Below, piece after piece: positions 17,693 to 27,011 of a stretch of DNA of 53,515 nt. Positions within the stretch are counted from its first letter, which is position 1, and each line of letters begins with the position of its first letter. The DNA is taken from assembly GCA_038062895.1 (NCBI GenBank), contig JBBTWJ010000003.1, positions 186,254-239,768 of the forward strand, given 5' to 3'. Origin of the DNA: Patescibacteria group bacterium. Its GTDB lineage: Bacteria; Patescibacteriota; Microgenomatia; UBA10105; UBA927. The translations under genes were made by a program, and so were the position numbers. Under the pieces are notes generated by a model. That model was not told the origin of the DNA. It saw nothing but the letters and a program-made list of their open reading frames with translations, and ran no database searches.

Positions 17693-18451
17693 TTATTTTT
17701 TCTTTCTTTGTAAAATAAATTTATCACTATACTTCTTTGGACTTCGCGTTTTTTTACCCAATGTCCGCTTCCCCCATGGGCTCTTGGGAGATGGCATACC
17801 GATGCCACTTCTGCCTTCGCCGCCTCCATGCGGATGGGAACGGGGATTTTGGGCGACACCCCTCACTCCGGGCCGGATACCCATGAGTCTCCGTGTGCCC
17901 GCTTTACCAAACACACGATTTTTCCACTCCACATTGCCGATTTGTCCCACAGTCGCCTGACAAAGAGCCGAAAAAACCCGTACTTCCCCGGAGGGAAGCT
18001 TTAATTGTACACGATCTCCCTCTTTTGCCAAAACGCTTGCGGCTACGCCAGCGCTTCGCATCATCTGCGCTCCCGCGCCGGGTTTGATTTCGACGCAATG
18101 CACAAAGGTACCAACCGGCATATTCCCAAGCTCCATACTGTTGCCCGGTTTGATATCCACGTTCTTAGCCGATACCACCGTCGCTCCAATCTCAAGACCG
18201 ACGGGGGCTAAAATATAGCGTTTCTCTCCATCTTGGTATTGCAACAGTGCGACTCCTGCTGAACGATTTGGGTCATACTCCAGCGCCACTACACGGGCCG
18301 GAACACCTTCTTTATCCCGGCGCCAGTCAATCAAACGATAAAATCGCTTCTGCCGCCCACCCTGATGTCGTACCGCCACGTGACCGGCGACATCACGACC
18401 AGAGTGTTTCTGAAGAATTTCCTGTAATTGTTTTGATCGTTTTATATTCAT
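17693..18451 (-). CDS. rplB: 50S ribosomal protein L2
   Basis: RGVAQNPRSHPHGGGEGRS motif. Confidence 0.95.
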   Translation of the reverse strand: MNIKRSKQLQEILQKHSGRDVAGHVAVRHQGGRQKRFYRLIDWRRDKEGVPARVVALEYDPNRSAGVALLQYQDGEKRYILAPVGLEIGATVVSAKNVDIKPGNSMELGNMPVGTFVHCVEIKPGAGAQMMRSAGVAASVLAKEGDRVQLKLPSGEVRVFSALCQATVGQIGNVEWKNRVFGKAGTRRLMGIRPGVRGVAQNPRSHPHGGGEGRSGIGMPSPKSPWGKRTLGKKTRSPKKYSDKFILQRKKK

Positions 18452-18453
18452 AT

Positions 18454-18756
18454 TTATTTCTTCTCTTTTTCTCCCGTCACCTCAAATGCATCAATCTTCT
18501 GTCCAACTTTAAGCCTCACGAGTGCCTTTTTCCAATCGCTGCGCAAAACCCGTTTCATGCGTTTGCCCGCCTTGCGCTCTTTGCCATGCATGATAAGCGT
18601 GCGCAGATTAACCACCGTGACACTGTAGATATCACCAATCGCTTGAGCAATTTCGGGCTTGCGGCTACCAACAACCACGGCAAAGGTATACCACCCGCGT
18701 GAGGCTAAACTCAAACTTTTTTCCGTGATGACCGGACGAAGAACAATTTGTTTCAT
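18454..18756 (-). CDS. rplW: 50S ribosomal protein L23
   Basis: 100 aa, L23-like (..P.ITEKS......Y.F.V). Synteny. Confidence 0.92.
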   Translation of the reverse strand: MKQIVLRPVITEKSLSLASRGWYTFAVVVGSRKPEIAQAIGDIYSVTVVNLRTLIMHGKERKAGKRMKRVLRSDWKKALVRLKVGQKIDAFEVTGEKEKK

Positions 18757-19529
18757 ACGCTTTTTTTCTGGGCAAACCTTTTTTTCAATACTTCTACTGC
18801 TTCTTTCATAAATACCAATTTTTGATGCGTGAGCACCGTATATGCGTGTAAATCTTGTGCCGGAAGGATATCCACGTCCGCTATATTTCGGGCGGCCCGT
18901 GAGGTCGTAATCGCCCCGCCATCAACGACGAGAAGTGCCGATCCCGTCACCCCGACGCTTTGTAACGCATGAGCCATATCTTTTGTTTTGGTAAGTCCTT
19001 CAAGCCCGGAAACAATAATCATCTTCCCTTCCCCAAGTGCGCTGGTAAGAGCGGAAGCCAAGGCGGCCCGCTTCATCTTCTGAGGCAAATCTAAATGGTA
19101 ATCACGGGGATGGGGCCCGAAGGTGATACCACCGCCCACGAAAATAGGAGCACGGATACCTCCATGACGGGCTCGTCCGGTACCTTTTTGACGATAAATT
19201 TTGCGGGTTGATCCCTCTACATCACCACGCGTTTTCGTGGATGCGGCTCCCTCGCGCTGATTGGCAAGATACACGCGCACCGCTTGAGCCACCAGAGCGT
19301 CATTTACTTTTGCAGCAAAAAGCTCTGCGGGCAACGTCATCTTACCCACCGATTTTCCGTCAATGCCGACAACAGAAACGGAAACAGAAGACGGTTTGGG
19401 TGATTCGGGAGATTGGGGGGATTTAGGGAGTTTAGGGGATTTGGGGGCAAGGGAACGCACCAGCTTGGGTGTGACGGCTGGTTTTTTGGAGGAAGTCTTT
19501 TTTGATTTTATGATTTTTGTTTTTGGCAT
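18753..19529 (-). CDS. rplD: 50S ribosomal protein L4 with ~50-aa K/P/S-rich N-terminal extension
   Basis: Core QKGTGRARHGGIRAPIFVGGG. No in-frame ATG/GTG/TTG lies near the start of the conserved core, so the extension is probably translated. Confidence 0.9.
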   Translation of the reverse strand: MPKTKIIKSKKTSSKKPAVTPKLVRSLAPKSPKLPKSPQSPESPKPSSVSVSVVGIDGKSVGKMTLPAELFAAKVNDALVAQAVRVYLANQREGAASTKTRGDVEGSTRKIYRQKGTGRARHGGIRAPIFVGGGITFGPHPRDYHLDLPQKMKRAALASALTSALGEGKMIIVSGLEGLTKTKDMAHALQSVGVTGSALLVVDGGAITTSRAARNIADVDILPAQDLHAYTVLTHQKLVFMKEAVEVLKKRFAQKKSV

Positions 19530-19537
19530 ATGATGAC

Positions 19538-19572
19538 AAAGCTAAGCTTTTTGAAGATCAAAGCTTAGCTTT
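19538..19572. repeat. 13-bp-stem palindrome AAAGCTAAGCTTT-N9-AAAGCTTAGCTTT (family E)
   Basis: Overlaps the rplC stop and its last codons (..KAKL*). Second copy at 32700-32733. Confidence 0.7.
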
Positions 19573-20202
19573 AGGTATCTTGTTTGGTTCTTTTTGAATG
19601 ATAAGGAGGCCATTACGGCCTCCCGGAACTAATCCTTTTATCGTCAGAGTATTGGTGTCCGCGTTGATTGCAAAAATTGACAAACCACGCTGGGTCACCC
19701 GCTCGTTGCCCATGCGGCCGGCCATCCGTTTACCTCGGTAGACGCGTCCCGGAGTGGTCGTCTGACCAATGGATCCCGGAGCGCGTTCACGATCAGACTG
19801 ACCGTGCGTGCGTGGACCACCGGCAAATCCGTGACGCTTCACGACTCCGGCAAATCCTTTGCCTTTGGATGTGCCGGTGATGCGAATACCATCACCAACA
19901 GCAAAAACGTCAGCAACTTTAATTTCTGCGCCTGGTTTGGCGTCACCCACGTCGCTCACGTCAAAAGACCGTAAAAAACGGAGCTTCGTTGTGAGCCCCG
20001 CTTTTTTGGTATGTCCTTCTTCTGCTTTGGAAATATTTCGTGTGGTACCGAATCCAAGTTGAATGCTTTTATAGGTCGGCGTATCTTCAACTTCGGTAAT
20101 CCAACACGGACCAGCCTCAATCACCGTGACGGGAATACGCTTGCCCTCTGCGGTAAACGCCTGCGTCTGATCTTTTTTGAAACCCAGTATTGCGTTGAAC
20201 AT
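19558..20202 (-). CDS. rplC: 50S ribosomal protein L3
   Basis: L3 core. Start placed at MFNAILGFKK (20202) by analogy with usual L3 N-termini. The ORF track allows 20238. Confidence 0.9.
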   Translation of the reverse strand: MFNAILGFKKDQTQAFTAEGKRIPVTVIEAGPCWITEVEDTPTYKSIQLGFGTTRNISKAEEGHTKKAGLTTKLRFLRSFDVSDVGDAKPGAEIKVADVFAVGDGIRITGTSKGKGFAGVVKRHGFAGGPRTHGQSDRERAPGSIGQTTTPGRVYRGKRMAGRMGNERVTQRGLSIFAINADTNTLTIKGLVPGGRNGLLIIQKEPNKIPKAKL

Positions 20203-20225
20203 AAAAAAATCCCACTCGGTGGGAT
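20203..20225 (-). terminator. terminator-like hairpin plus U7 directly abutting the rplC ATG (candidate attenuator)
   Basis: Minus strand reads ATCCCAC-CGA-GTGGGAT-TTTTTTT-ATG. Confidence 0.4.
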
Positions 20226-20332
20226 CATAATGACTCATCCGAGACTTTTGATACTACTCTCTAGGATATGCATCGGTTTTCCGCCATATCAAAGCTAAAG
20301 TATATCAGAGTATCTCCTCGCGTGCAACGCAC

Positions 20333-20419
20333 GCGTGATTAGCACGTGATTAAAAAAACGTGATTAGCACGTGATTGTTTCATGTGCTCATCATGTTCTT
20401 TCCATCAAGTGTTCATCAT
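20333..20419. repeat. word-hairpin, family C
   Basis: GTGATTAGCACGTGATTAAAAAAACGTGATTAGCACGTGATTG..CATGTGCTCATCATG..CATCAAGTGTTCATCAT. Confidence 0.7.
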
Positions 20420-20434
20420 AGCTTGCTTCGCAAG

Positions 20435-20743
20435 CTACATTTTAATCTCTACATCCACTCCTGCCGGTAAGTCTAAATGCATGAGCTGATCAATCGTTTT
20501 ATCCGTGGGCTCGATGATGTCGATCAGCCGTTTATGGGTCTTGACCATAAAATCTTCACGGCTATTGCGGTCGATAAATGGGCTTCTGGCAATGTTGTAA
20601 TGTGCCCGATCGGTCGGCAGCGGCACAGGTCCCACGACCTTAGCGCCCGTCCTCACGGCGGTGTCCAATATCTTCTGACAACAGTCGTCTATGATCCTGC
20701 TGTCATACGCTTTTAAACGTACACGAATTCTTCCTTTAGGCAT
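20435..20743 (-). CDS. rpsJ: 30S ribosomal protein S10
   Basis: IR..L.A.D...ID........T.....GP.PLPT typical S10. Confidence 0.95.
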   Translation of the reverse strand: MPKGRIRVRLKAYDSRIIDDCCQKILDTAVRTGAKVVGPVPLPTDRAHYNIARSPFIDRNSREDFMVKTHKRLIDIIEPTDKTIDQLMHLDLPAGVDVEIKM

Positions 20744-20752
20744 AGTAATGTG

Positions 20753-21088
20753 CTATTTATCAATTTCTTTATTGCTAGAATTATGAACAATCCTTACTGC
20801 AACACCATAAATTGTCCCTTCGACTTGATCTCCAACATCTAAACTTGTATTAATGGCAATATGATTCGGCTCCCCCATGACAATCTCGTTTGCCGTAACC
20901 AAGGCATAATGCACACTCCCATCCGATTCATGAGTGACAGTAATCAGTCCACTATTCTTTTCTCCAAGACCAATTTCATCAAAAACGATATTTTTCGAAG
21001 CCGGAAATGACCAACCTTCCTCCGCCTTACCTTCGTGAAGGATAATTGGCTCATCCGCCCCTGCCATAAAAAGAACAACAGCCCCCAT
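20753..21088 (-). CDS. hypothetical 111-aa protein inserted between tuf and rpsJ
   Basis: Clean ORF, stop 9 nt before the rpsJ ATG. No motif recognised. Visibly AT-richer than its neighbours. Confidence 0.5.
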   Translation of the reverse strand: MGAVVLFMAGADEPIILHEGKAEEGWSFPASKNIVFDEIGLGEKNSGLITVTHESDGSVHYALVTANEIVMGEPNHIAINTSLDVGDQVEGTIYGVAVRIVHNSSNKEIDK

Positions 21089-21119
21089 ATATCAGTAGAT
21101 GCGGCAGGATTAGTATGTT

Positions 21120-22307
21120 TTACGCTATAATCTTGGTGATCACTCCGGCGCCAACGGTGTGGCCGCCTTCGCGGATAGCAAACCGAAGACCTTCTTCAAG
21201 GGCGACCGGAACGATAAGTTTGGCCGTCATCTTCGTTGTGTCCCCAGGCATGACCATCTCTACTCCCGCCGGAAGCGTCACTTCGCCCGTCACGTCGGTC
21301 GTACGGATATAAAACTGCGGCCGATAGCCCGTGAAGAACGGTGTGTGCCGTCCACCTTCTTCTTTAGCGAGAATATAAATTTCCGCTTCAAATTCGGTAT
21401 GCGGCTTGACTGAACCGGGAGCAGCCAATACCTGTCCGCGCTCGACTTGGTCCTTCTCAACACCGCGCAGAAGAACCCCGATATTGTCGCCAGCCAATCC
21501 CTCGTCGAGAAGCTTGCGGAACATTTCTACTCCCGTGACCACGGTCGTTTGGGTCGCTTTCATACCCACGATCTCCATGGTGTCGTTGACCTTGGCTTTT
21601 CCGCGCTCGACGCGTCCGGTAACCACCGTGCCGCGGCCTTTGATGGAGAAAACATCCTCAACAGGCATAAGGAACGGCTTATCCAGCTCACGAATCGGGT
21701 CCGGTACGTAGGAATCAACCGTATCCATAAGCTCCTGAATTTGCTTCTCTGCCTCGGGATCACCCTGAAGCGCTTTGAGGGCACTTCCGCGGATAACCGG
21801 GACTTTGTCGCCAGGGAACTTGTACTTCGTGAGCAGTTCCCGGACTTCCATCTCAACGAGATCAAGAAGCTCTTTATCCTGCACCATGTCGCATTTGTTC
21901 ATAAATACGACGATAGCCGGTACGTTGACCTGTGCCGCGAGCAAAATGTGCTCACGGGTCTGGGGCATCGGACCGTCGGGCGCGGATACCACGAGGATAG
22001 CTCCGTCCATCTGGGCGGCTCCCGTAATCATATTTTTGATGTAATCGGCGTGTCCCGGCGCATCGATGTGCGCGTAATGACGCTTAACCGTCTCGTACTC
22101 TGAATGATGAATGTTAATCGTCACGCCTCGGGCGCGTTCCTCGGGAGCATTATCGATGTCTTCGTATTTGAGGGCTTTGGCCAACCCAAGCTTGGCTAAC
22201 ACGTGCGTGATAGCGGACGTCAAGGTGGTCTTACCATGATCGACGTGGCCAATGGTGCCAATATTCAAATGGGGCTTTTTGCGGTCAAATTTTTGCTGGT
22301 CTGCCAT
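21120..22307 (-). CDS. tuf: elongation factor Tu
   Basis: [19 protein letters not shown] GTPase motifs. 395 aa. Confidence 0.98.
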   Translation of the reverse strand: MADQQKFDRKKPHLNIGTIGHVDHGKTTLTSAITHVLAKLGLAKALKYEDIDNAPEERARGVTINIHHSEYETVKRHYAHIDAPGHADYIKNMITGAAQMDGAILVVSAPDGPMPQTREHILLAAQVNVPAIVVFMNKCDMVQDKELLDLVEMEVRELLTKYKFPGDKVPVIRGSALKALQGDPEAEKQIQELMDTVDSYVPDPIRELDKPFLMPVEDVFSIKGRGTVVTGRVERGKAKVNDTMEIVGMKATQTTVVTGVEMFRKLLDEGLAGDNIGVLLRGVEKDQVERGQVLAAPGSVKPHTEFEAEIYILAKEEGGRHTPFFTGYRPQFYIRTTDVTGEVTLPAGVEMVMPGDTTKMTAKLIVPVALEEGLRFAIREGGHTVGAGVITKIIA

Positions 22308-22392
22308 AGGTCCTCCTTAAAAATAAATACTACCAATACTACCAATCCGACAAATACTACCAATAATGAGAACTAAAATATTGTATCACACC

Positions 22393-24495
22393 TTAAACGC
22401 GATTGGCAATGATCTTTTCCTGAACATTCTTAGGAACCTCTTGATAGTGACTGGGTTCCATATAGTAGGTCGCTCTGCCTTTGCTCATGCTGCGCAAGGT
22501 CGTGGCATACCCGGCAAGCTCGGAAAGCGGCACCAGAGCCACGATAACCGTGACATGTCCCCGCTTGGTCGACCCCTGAATCTCGGCCCGTTTGGCGCCC
22601 AGATCGCCAATAACATCACCCATATATTCATCCGGTGTCGTAATCTCTACCTTCATGATAGGCTCCAAGAGTGTCGCGGCTCCCTGTTTCACCGCTGCCT
22701 GGATGGCCATGCTTCCGGCAATTTTAAATGCAATTTCACTGCTATCGACGTCATGATACGTACCGTCATAGAGCGTCACTGCTATATCCACAAGCGGATA
22801 TCCCGCGATCACTCCATTTTCCATGGCTTCTTTGACACCCTTTTCTATGGGTGAAATAAATTCCTTAGGAATTGCACCGCCTTTAATCTCGTCGATAAAC
22901 TCATTGCCTTCACCTCGACCCTTGGGCGCAATCCGCAGGAAACAATGTCCGTACTGCCCACGTCCACCGGATTGCTTGATATATTTCCCTTCGCCTTGGG
23001 CTTCCTTCGTGATCGTCTCTTTATACGCAACCTGGGGAGCCCCGACATTGGCTTCTACTTTGAACTCCCGCTTCATCCGGTCCACGAGAATCTCCAGATG
23101 CAACTCTCCCATCCCCCAGATGATCGTCTGGTTGGTCTCGAGATTACTTTTGATCTTGAAGGTGGGATCTTCCTCCGATAAACGCTGGAGAGCAAAACCC
23201 ATCTTTTCCTGATCGTTTTTGGTCTTGGGTTCGATAGCCAAAGAAATGACGGGGTCGGGAAACGTAATCTTCTCGAGAATAATAGGGTTGTCTTCATCAC
23301 AGATGGTGTCTCCGGTGATGGTATCTTTAAACCCAACGACCGCGACGATCTCTCCGGCATAGGCTTCTTTAATCTCTTCGCGCTGATTGGCGTGCATAAG
23401 AAGGAGCCGTCCGACGCGCTCTTTGATCCCTTTGATCGGATTAAAGGTGTAGGAACCCGAGGTGAGTTTGCCGGAGTAAATACGCACGTACGTGAGTTTA
23501 CCGACATGGGGATCGATTTGAATTTTGAATGCAAGAGCGCAGAACGCCTCTTCATTGACACGCTTGCGCAGGACTTTCTCATTTGTCTTGGGATGAAGTC
23601 CGGTAACCGGCGGGAGATCCAAAGGCGACGGCAAGTAGTCAACAACCGCATCGAGAAGCGGTTGCACACCTTTGTTGCGCAGACTCGTACCACAATAAAT
23701 AGGCACTAACTTGTAGGCAATGACCGCGCGACGAAGCGCCGCTTTGAGCTCCTCAATGGTCGGCTCGGCGCCGGACAAAAACTTTTCGATGAGGACGTCA
23801 TCCGTCTCGGAAATGCGCTCAACCAATGCTTTTCGGCTAGCTTCGACTTCTTCAACTAAATCGGCAGGAATGGGAATCTCATCATATGTCGAACCTAAAT
23901 CGTCGCTCACCCAGACAAATGCTTTACGGGTGAGGAGATCAACGAACCCTTTGAACTCATGTTCCCGGCCAATCGGGACAACCATGACGGCCGTCCGGGC
24001 ACCCAAACGGTCTTCGATGGAAGCAATCGTGACCCGAAAATCTGCACCGATTTTGTCCATCTTATTGATGAAACAAATACGCGGCACATTGTACTTGTCT
24101 GCCTGATGCCAGACCGTCTCGGATTGACTCTGTACGCCTTCTTCGGCATCCAAAACGGTGATGCCGCCATCCAGAACACGGAGACTGCGCTCGACTTCTG
24201 CCGTGAAATCCACATGTCCGGGGGTATCAATGATATTGAAGCGATAGCCATTCCAAAAGGTGGTCGTGGCAGCCGACACGATCGTGATACCGCGCTCGCG
24301 CTCTTGGTCCATCCAGTCCATGACGGTCGTACCGAGATCGATATCGCCGATCTTATAGCTCCTACCGGTGTAATACAGGATACGCTCGGTGGTCGTTGTC
24401 TTACCGGCGTCGATGTGAGCGATAATACCAATGTTGCGGACTTTGTCCTGCGGCAAATCGCGATTTTCTGTCTTATGTACTTGAACTTGAGCCAT
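22393..24495 (-). CDS. fusA: elongation factor G
   Basis: [21 protein letters not shown] motifs. 700 aa. Confidence 0.98.
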   Translation of the reverse strand: MAQVQVHKTENRDLPQDKVRNIGIIAHIDAGKTTTTERILYYTGRSYKIGDIDLGTTVMDWMDQERERGITIVSAATTTFWNGYRFNIIDTPGHVDFTAEVERSLRVLDGGITVLDAEEGVQSQSETVWHQADKYNVPRICFINKMDKIGADFRVTIASIEDRLGARTAVMVVPIGREHEFKGFVDLLTRKAFVWVSDDLGSTYDEIPIPADLVEEVEASRKALVERISETDDVLIEKFLSGAEPTIEELKAALRRAVIAYKLVPIYCGTSLRNKGVQPLLDAVVDYLPSPLDLPPVTGLHPKTNEKVLRKRVNEEAFCALAFKIQIDPHVGKLTYVRIYSGKLTSGSYTFNPIKGIKERVGRLLLMHANQREEIKEAYAGEIVAVVGFKDTITGDTICDEDNPIILEKITFPDPVISLAIEPKTKNDQEKMGFALQRLSEEDPTFKIKSNLETNQTIIWGMGELHLEILVDRMKREFKVEANVGAPQVAYKETITKEAQGEGKYIKQSGGRGQYGHCFLRIAPKGRGEGNEFIDEIKGGAIPKEFISPIEKGVKEAMENGVIAGYPLVDIAVTLYDGTYHDVDSSEIAFKIAGSMAIQAAVKQGAATLLEPIMKVEITTPDEYMGDVIGDLGAKRAEIQGSTKRGHVTVIVALVPLSELAGYATTLRSMSKGRATYYMEPSHYQEVPKNVQEKIIANRV

Positions 24496-24540
24496 AATTC
24501 AATTCTCAAATAATCCAATAATCCAATAAAAAAGAGGGGG

Positions 24541-24571
24541 CAAACAAAAAACTGCTCCGAACCCGAAGCAG
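24541..24571 (-). terminator. intrinsic terminator downstream of the copZ-like gene, upstream of fusA
   Basis: Minus strand reads CTGCTTC-GGGTTC-GGAGCAG followed by TTTTTTGTTTG. Confidence 0.55.
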
Positions 24572-24642
24572 TCAACCTCATGCTTCTCACTTCGCTATTA
24601 TATAAGGAAGAAAGAACGAAGTCTAGAGCCGGACGAAAAAAA

Positions 24643-24843
24643 TTAAACCACTTCGTATCCGGATGCGCGGACTGTTTTAAAAATTGTCACTTCCATGACT
24701 TTCTTCTCATCATATTCCACCTCAAGCGTCTCCTTCACATAACTACATACGGCTTTCACGCCCGCATCCTCGAGGTCGCTTTCGATGAGGAGCGAGCAGC
24801 TGGTGCAGTGCATGCCGAGGACTTTGTATGTTGTTTTTATCAT
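24643..24843 (-). CDS. copZ: heavy-metal-associated (HMA) domain copper chaperone, CopZ-like
   Basis: 66 aa with GMHCTSC (MxCxxC) metal-binding loop. Confidence 0.85.
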   Translation of the reverse strand: MIKTTYKVLGMHCTSCSLLIESDLEDAGVKAVCSYVKETLEVEYDEKKVMEVTIFKTVRASGYEVV

Positions 24844-24941
24844 GAGAAATTAGAAAATCGTTGATCGATATTAGAAAATCGTTATCGAAAAAGGAAATAG
24901 GATAATCGATAATTCATTTCCTATTTCGAATTTCATTCATT

Positions 24942-26009
24942 TTACGGTATAACCGTAAATGATCCCGTATACATCCCCATGGAGCAAGCGTAGGCAAGCA
25001 GGCCGGTCTTCTTGGGCGTAAAAACAAGTTCTTCTTCCCCATTCACCGGTAAAATTTTGGAAATTCCTAAACCCGGGATGGTAAATGCGCGGGCGCAGCC
25101 ATTGGCTTGGTCGGAAATGAGTTTCAGTTTGACCGGAATCCCTGCTTTGACGGTTGTGCTGTCTGCCGTATACCCATTGCTTTTGACGGTGATCGTCACC
25201 CGCTGAAGCCCATCGTTTGCCACACCTGCAACCGAACCTGATTTTGCAAGGGCTAACTCATCAACGTTTGACGTCGCGGCTCTATATATATTCGTAAGTG
25301 TATAAAATGATCCCGTGAGTCCGATACCGCCGTTTATCGAATAGAGGGCAAACACAGCAACGACTGTGGCAGCAGCATAGGAAAACAATTTATTTTTCAG
25401 AAGCGTCATGAGGGCGGCTCCAAGAAAGAAAAAAATGGGACTGGTACCTAAAATAAATGACCCCATGACCGCTGCCCCAAGCCAAGGACTACCGCTGGCC
25501 ACTGCTACTGCCATCGTCGCCTGGGTGACCCCGCAGGGCATGAGAACGGTAAAAAATCCGAGCGCTAAGGGGGCAAAGGCAGATTCGTCACGGCTTACCC
25601 GGCGGAGAAGTTTAAATGCCCACCGGGGCGGGGATATCACAAAATAGCGGAATATCGGATGAAGATTGGCGATGCGTGCGGCTGTTACCAACATAAAAAG
25701 ACCGGCCCCAATCTGCACGAACCCCATGATCACGGGAGACAACACAAGCGTCGAACCAATCATGCCCAAAAGAAATCCAAGGATGGTGTGCGCGACCAGC
25801 TTAGCGCCAAGAAACATACCAATAGTGCGAAAACTCACTGATTTACTGCTTGAACCATCAATAAGCCCGGTTTCCGTCGTTTGAGATACGGAGGAAACGA
25901 GTAACCCGCCTTGCACCGCGAGACATGATATGCCTCCCGTGGTCAGTCCCGTCAAAAATGCCAGCCAAATCGTTTGCATAAAGTAATGCTGTTCATTGTA
26001 TACCATCAT
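24942..26009 (-). CDS. permease (DsbD_2/TauE-like, GGISCLAVQGG and MPCG motifs) fused to C-terminal cupredoxin-like domain, putative Cu handling or efflux
   Basis: Multi-TM N-terminal part. The C-terminus (..VKAGIPVKLKL....CARAF.IPG.....L..G......TP.K.G...YACSMGMY) resembles the cupredoxin-like domain seen next to copA genes. Start uncertain (26009, 25979 or ORF-track 26075); 26075 would overlap the divergent promoter. Confidence 0.7.
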   Translation of the reverse strand: MMVYNEQHYFMQTIWLAFLTGLTTGGISCLAVQGGLLVSSVSQTTETGLIDGSSSKSVSFRTIGMFLGAKLVAHTILGFLLGMIGSTLVLSPVIMGFVQIGAGLFMLVTAARIANLHPIFRYFVISPPRWAFKLLRRVSRDESAFAPLALGFFTVLMPCGVTQATMAVAVASGSPWLGAAVMGSFILGTSPIFFFLGAALMTLLKNKLFSYAAATVVAVFALYSINGGIGLTGSFYTLTNIYRAATSNVDELALAKSGSVAGVANDGLQRVTITVKSNGYTADSTTVKAGIPVKLKLISDQANGCARAFTIPGLGISKILPVNGEEELVFTPKKTGLLAYACSMGMYTGSFTVIP

Positions 26010-26068
26010 AATTACATAAGGCCACCCCTTGCAAACGCCAAGGGAGTGGCCTTTAACACAACACATAC

Positions 26069-26097
26069 TTGACACAATGCTCCCGTTTTGATATTTT
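26069..26097 (+). promoter_or_regulatory. sigma70-like promoter of the csoR-copA operon (TTGACA-N17-TATTTT)
   Basis: -35 at 26069-26074, 17-nt spacer, -10 at 26092-26097. Immediately followed by the operator. Confidence 0.55.
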
Positions 26098-26115
26098 ATC
26101 CCTATAGGGGGGATA
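26097..26115. promoter_or_regulatory. candidate CsoR operator TATCCCTATAGGGGGGATA
   Basis: GC-tract pseudo-palindrome (TATCCC..GGGATA) overlapping the -10/+1 region. Same architecture as the Bacillus copZA operator recalled as TACCCTACGGGGGTA. Confidence 0.55.
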
Positions 26116-26132
26116 AAAGAAAGTAGGGGAGT

Positions 26133-26263
26133 ATGCCAGGTAGTGAATTTTCGATCAATCGCCTCGCGATTGGATAACTACCCGGCGAATTAGAGGGTTA
26201 TCGATATTTTTTAGACCATAGGATCACCTATCTCGAAGAGATATCGAAAATCTACTACCTGGT
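26133..26263 (+). mobile_element. family D element, subfamily b, plus-strand orientation, in the csoR 5' UTR
   Basis: ATGCCAGGTAGTGAATTTTCGAT...ATCGAAAATCTACTACCTGGT-ATG(csoR). Its interior is similar to 6977-7107 read on the sense strand. Confidence 0.7.
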
Positions 26264-26545
26264 ATGCCAAAAGGAATGCCGAGAGATCAATCAATTGAAC
26301 GCACCATACTCCACCGTCTAAAAATCGCGCGTGGACATTTGGAAAAAGTCATTACCATGGTTGAGGAAGGCCACTACTGCATCGATGTGGTCCACCAATC
26401 CATGGCCATCCAGGCGGCGCTGCGGGAAGCGGATCATCTGATACTCAAAAATCATATGGAAACATGTGTGGCTGACTCGATCAGAAAAGGCGAAAGCCGC
26501 GAGGTGATAGATGAAGTGATGAAGATAATGGAGAAAAAAGGTTAG
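26264..26545 (+). CDS. csoR: CsoR/RcnR-family metal-sensing transcriptional repressor
   Basis: 93 aa, L.RLKRI.GH......M......C.D...Q.......L layout with Cys/His/Cys ligand positions (..YCIDV..Q, ..H.ETC). Confidence 0.88.
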   Translation: MPKGMPRDQSIERTILHRLKIARGHLEKVITMVEEGHYCIDVVHQSMAIQAALREADHLILKNHMETCVADSIRKGESREVIDEVMKIMEKKG

Positions 26546-26577
26546 TTGGTTAGTTCGTTACTTAGTTACTTTGTTAA

Positions 26578-26973
26578 TTGGTTAATTTGTACGAGAAAAT
26601 TATGGATAAAATTATTGTTACTATTACCGGACTTTTTTCAATGGCGGGAATATATTGGTTTTTCTTTGGGAAAAAGTCCCGCGAAACGGGATCCCGCTCC
26701 GCGGAAGAGGATGCAAAAGATTCCTGGACGATAACCGTGGATGGCGGATACAAACCGAATATCATTAGAATTCCTAAAGACAAACCGGCAACACTGACAT
26801 TCATCCGTAACGATGCCAATAGTTGTCTGGAGGAAGTCGTTTTTCCGGATTATAAAATAAAAAAATATCTTCCACTGAACAAAGAGGTGATCATTACGCT
26901 CCCCTCTCCACACAAAAAATCCGGATTCCATTGCGGGATGTCTATGTTCCAAGGAAGAATCGAAACAACGTAA
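26578..26973 (+). CDS. membrane-anchored cupredoxin-like domain protein
   Basis: N-terminal TM helix, then ITVDGGYKPN.I.IPKDKP..L.F.R.D...C......P.......LP........P.....G.HCGMSM. Start may be the internal MDKII. Confidence 0.7.
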   Translation: MVNLYEKIMDKIIVTITGLFSMAGIYWFFFGKKSRETGSRSAEEDAKDSWTITVDGGYKPNIIRIPKDKPATLTFIRNDANSCLEEVVFPDYKIKKYLPLNKEVIITLPSPHKKSGFHCGMSMFQGRIETT

Positions 26974-27011
26974 AGGAATTTAGAGGAGTTTAAAGGATTT
27001 TAGAGGAATTT
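26974..27011. repeat. period-10 word repeat, family H (GGAATTTAGA GGAGTTTAAA GGATTTTAGA GGAATTT), supplies the copA SD-like GAGGA
   Basis: Exact 10-nt phasing. Related to 8038-8075. Confidence 0.65.

Noticed and set aside
3685-20419. Strand-specific G-U wobble bias in family C hairpins as evidence for an antisense structured RNA
   Set aside because: Some copies show G-T pairs on the plus strand (3685, 20333). The 16798 copy instead shows an A-C mismatch at an equivalent stem position, so the asymmetry is inconsistent.
24496-24540. Candidate fusA promoter in the TTGGAT-repeat spacer
   Set aside because: No -35/-10 pair with acceptable spacing and a credible -10 hexamer could be found by eye, so it is not reported as a feature.
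21447-24590. Long antisense or alternative-frame ORFs inside tuf and fusA (e.g. 21447-22103 +, 23073-23693 -, 23907-24590 -, 23959-24513 +)
   Set aside because: They overlap strongly recognisable EF-Tu and EF-G reading frames and have low-complexity, Arg/Ser-rich translations typical of shadow ORFs.
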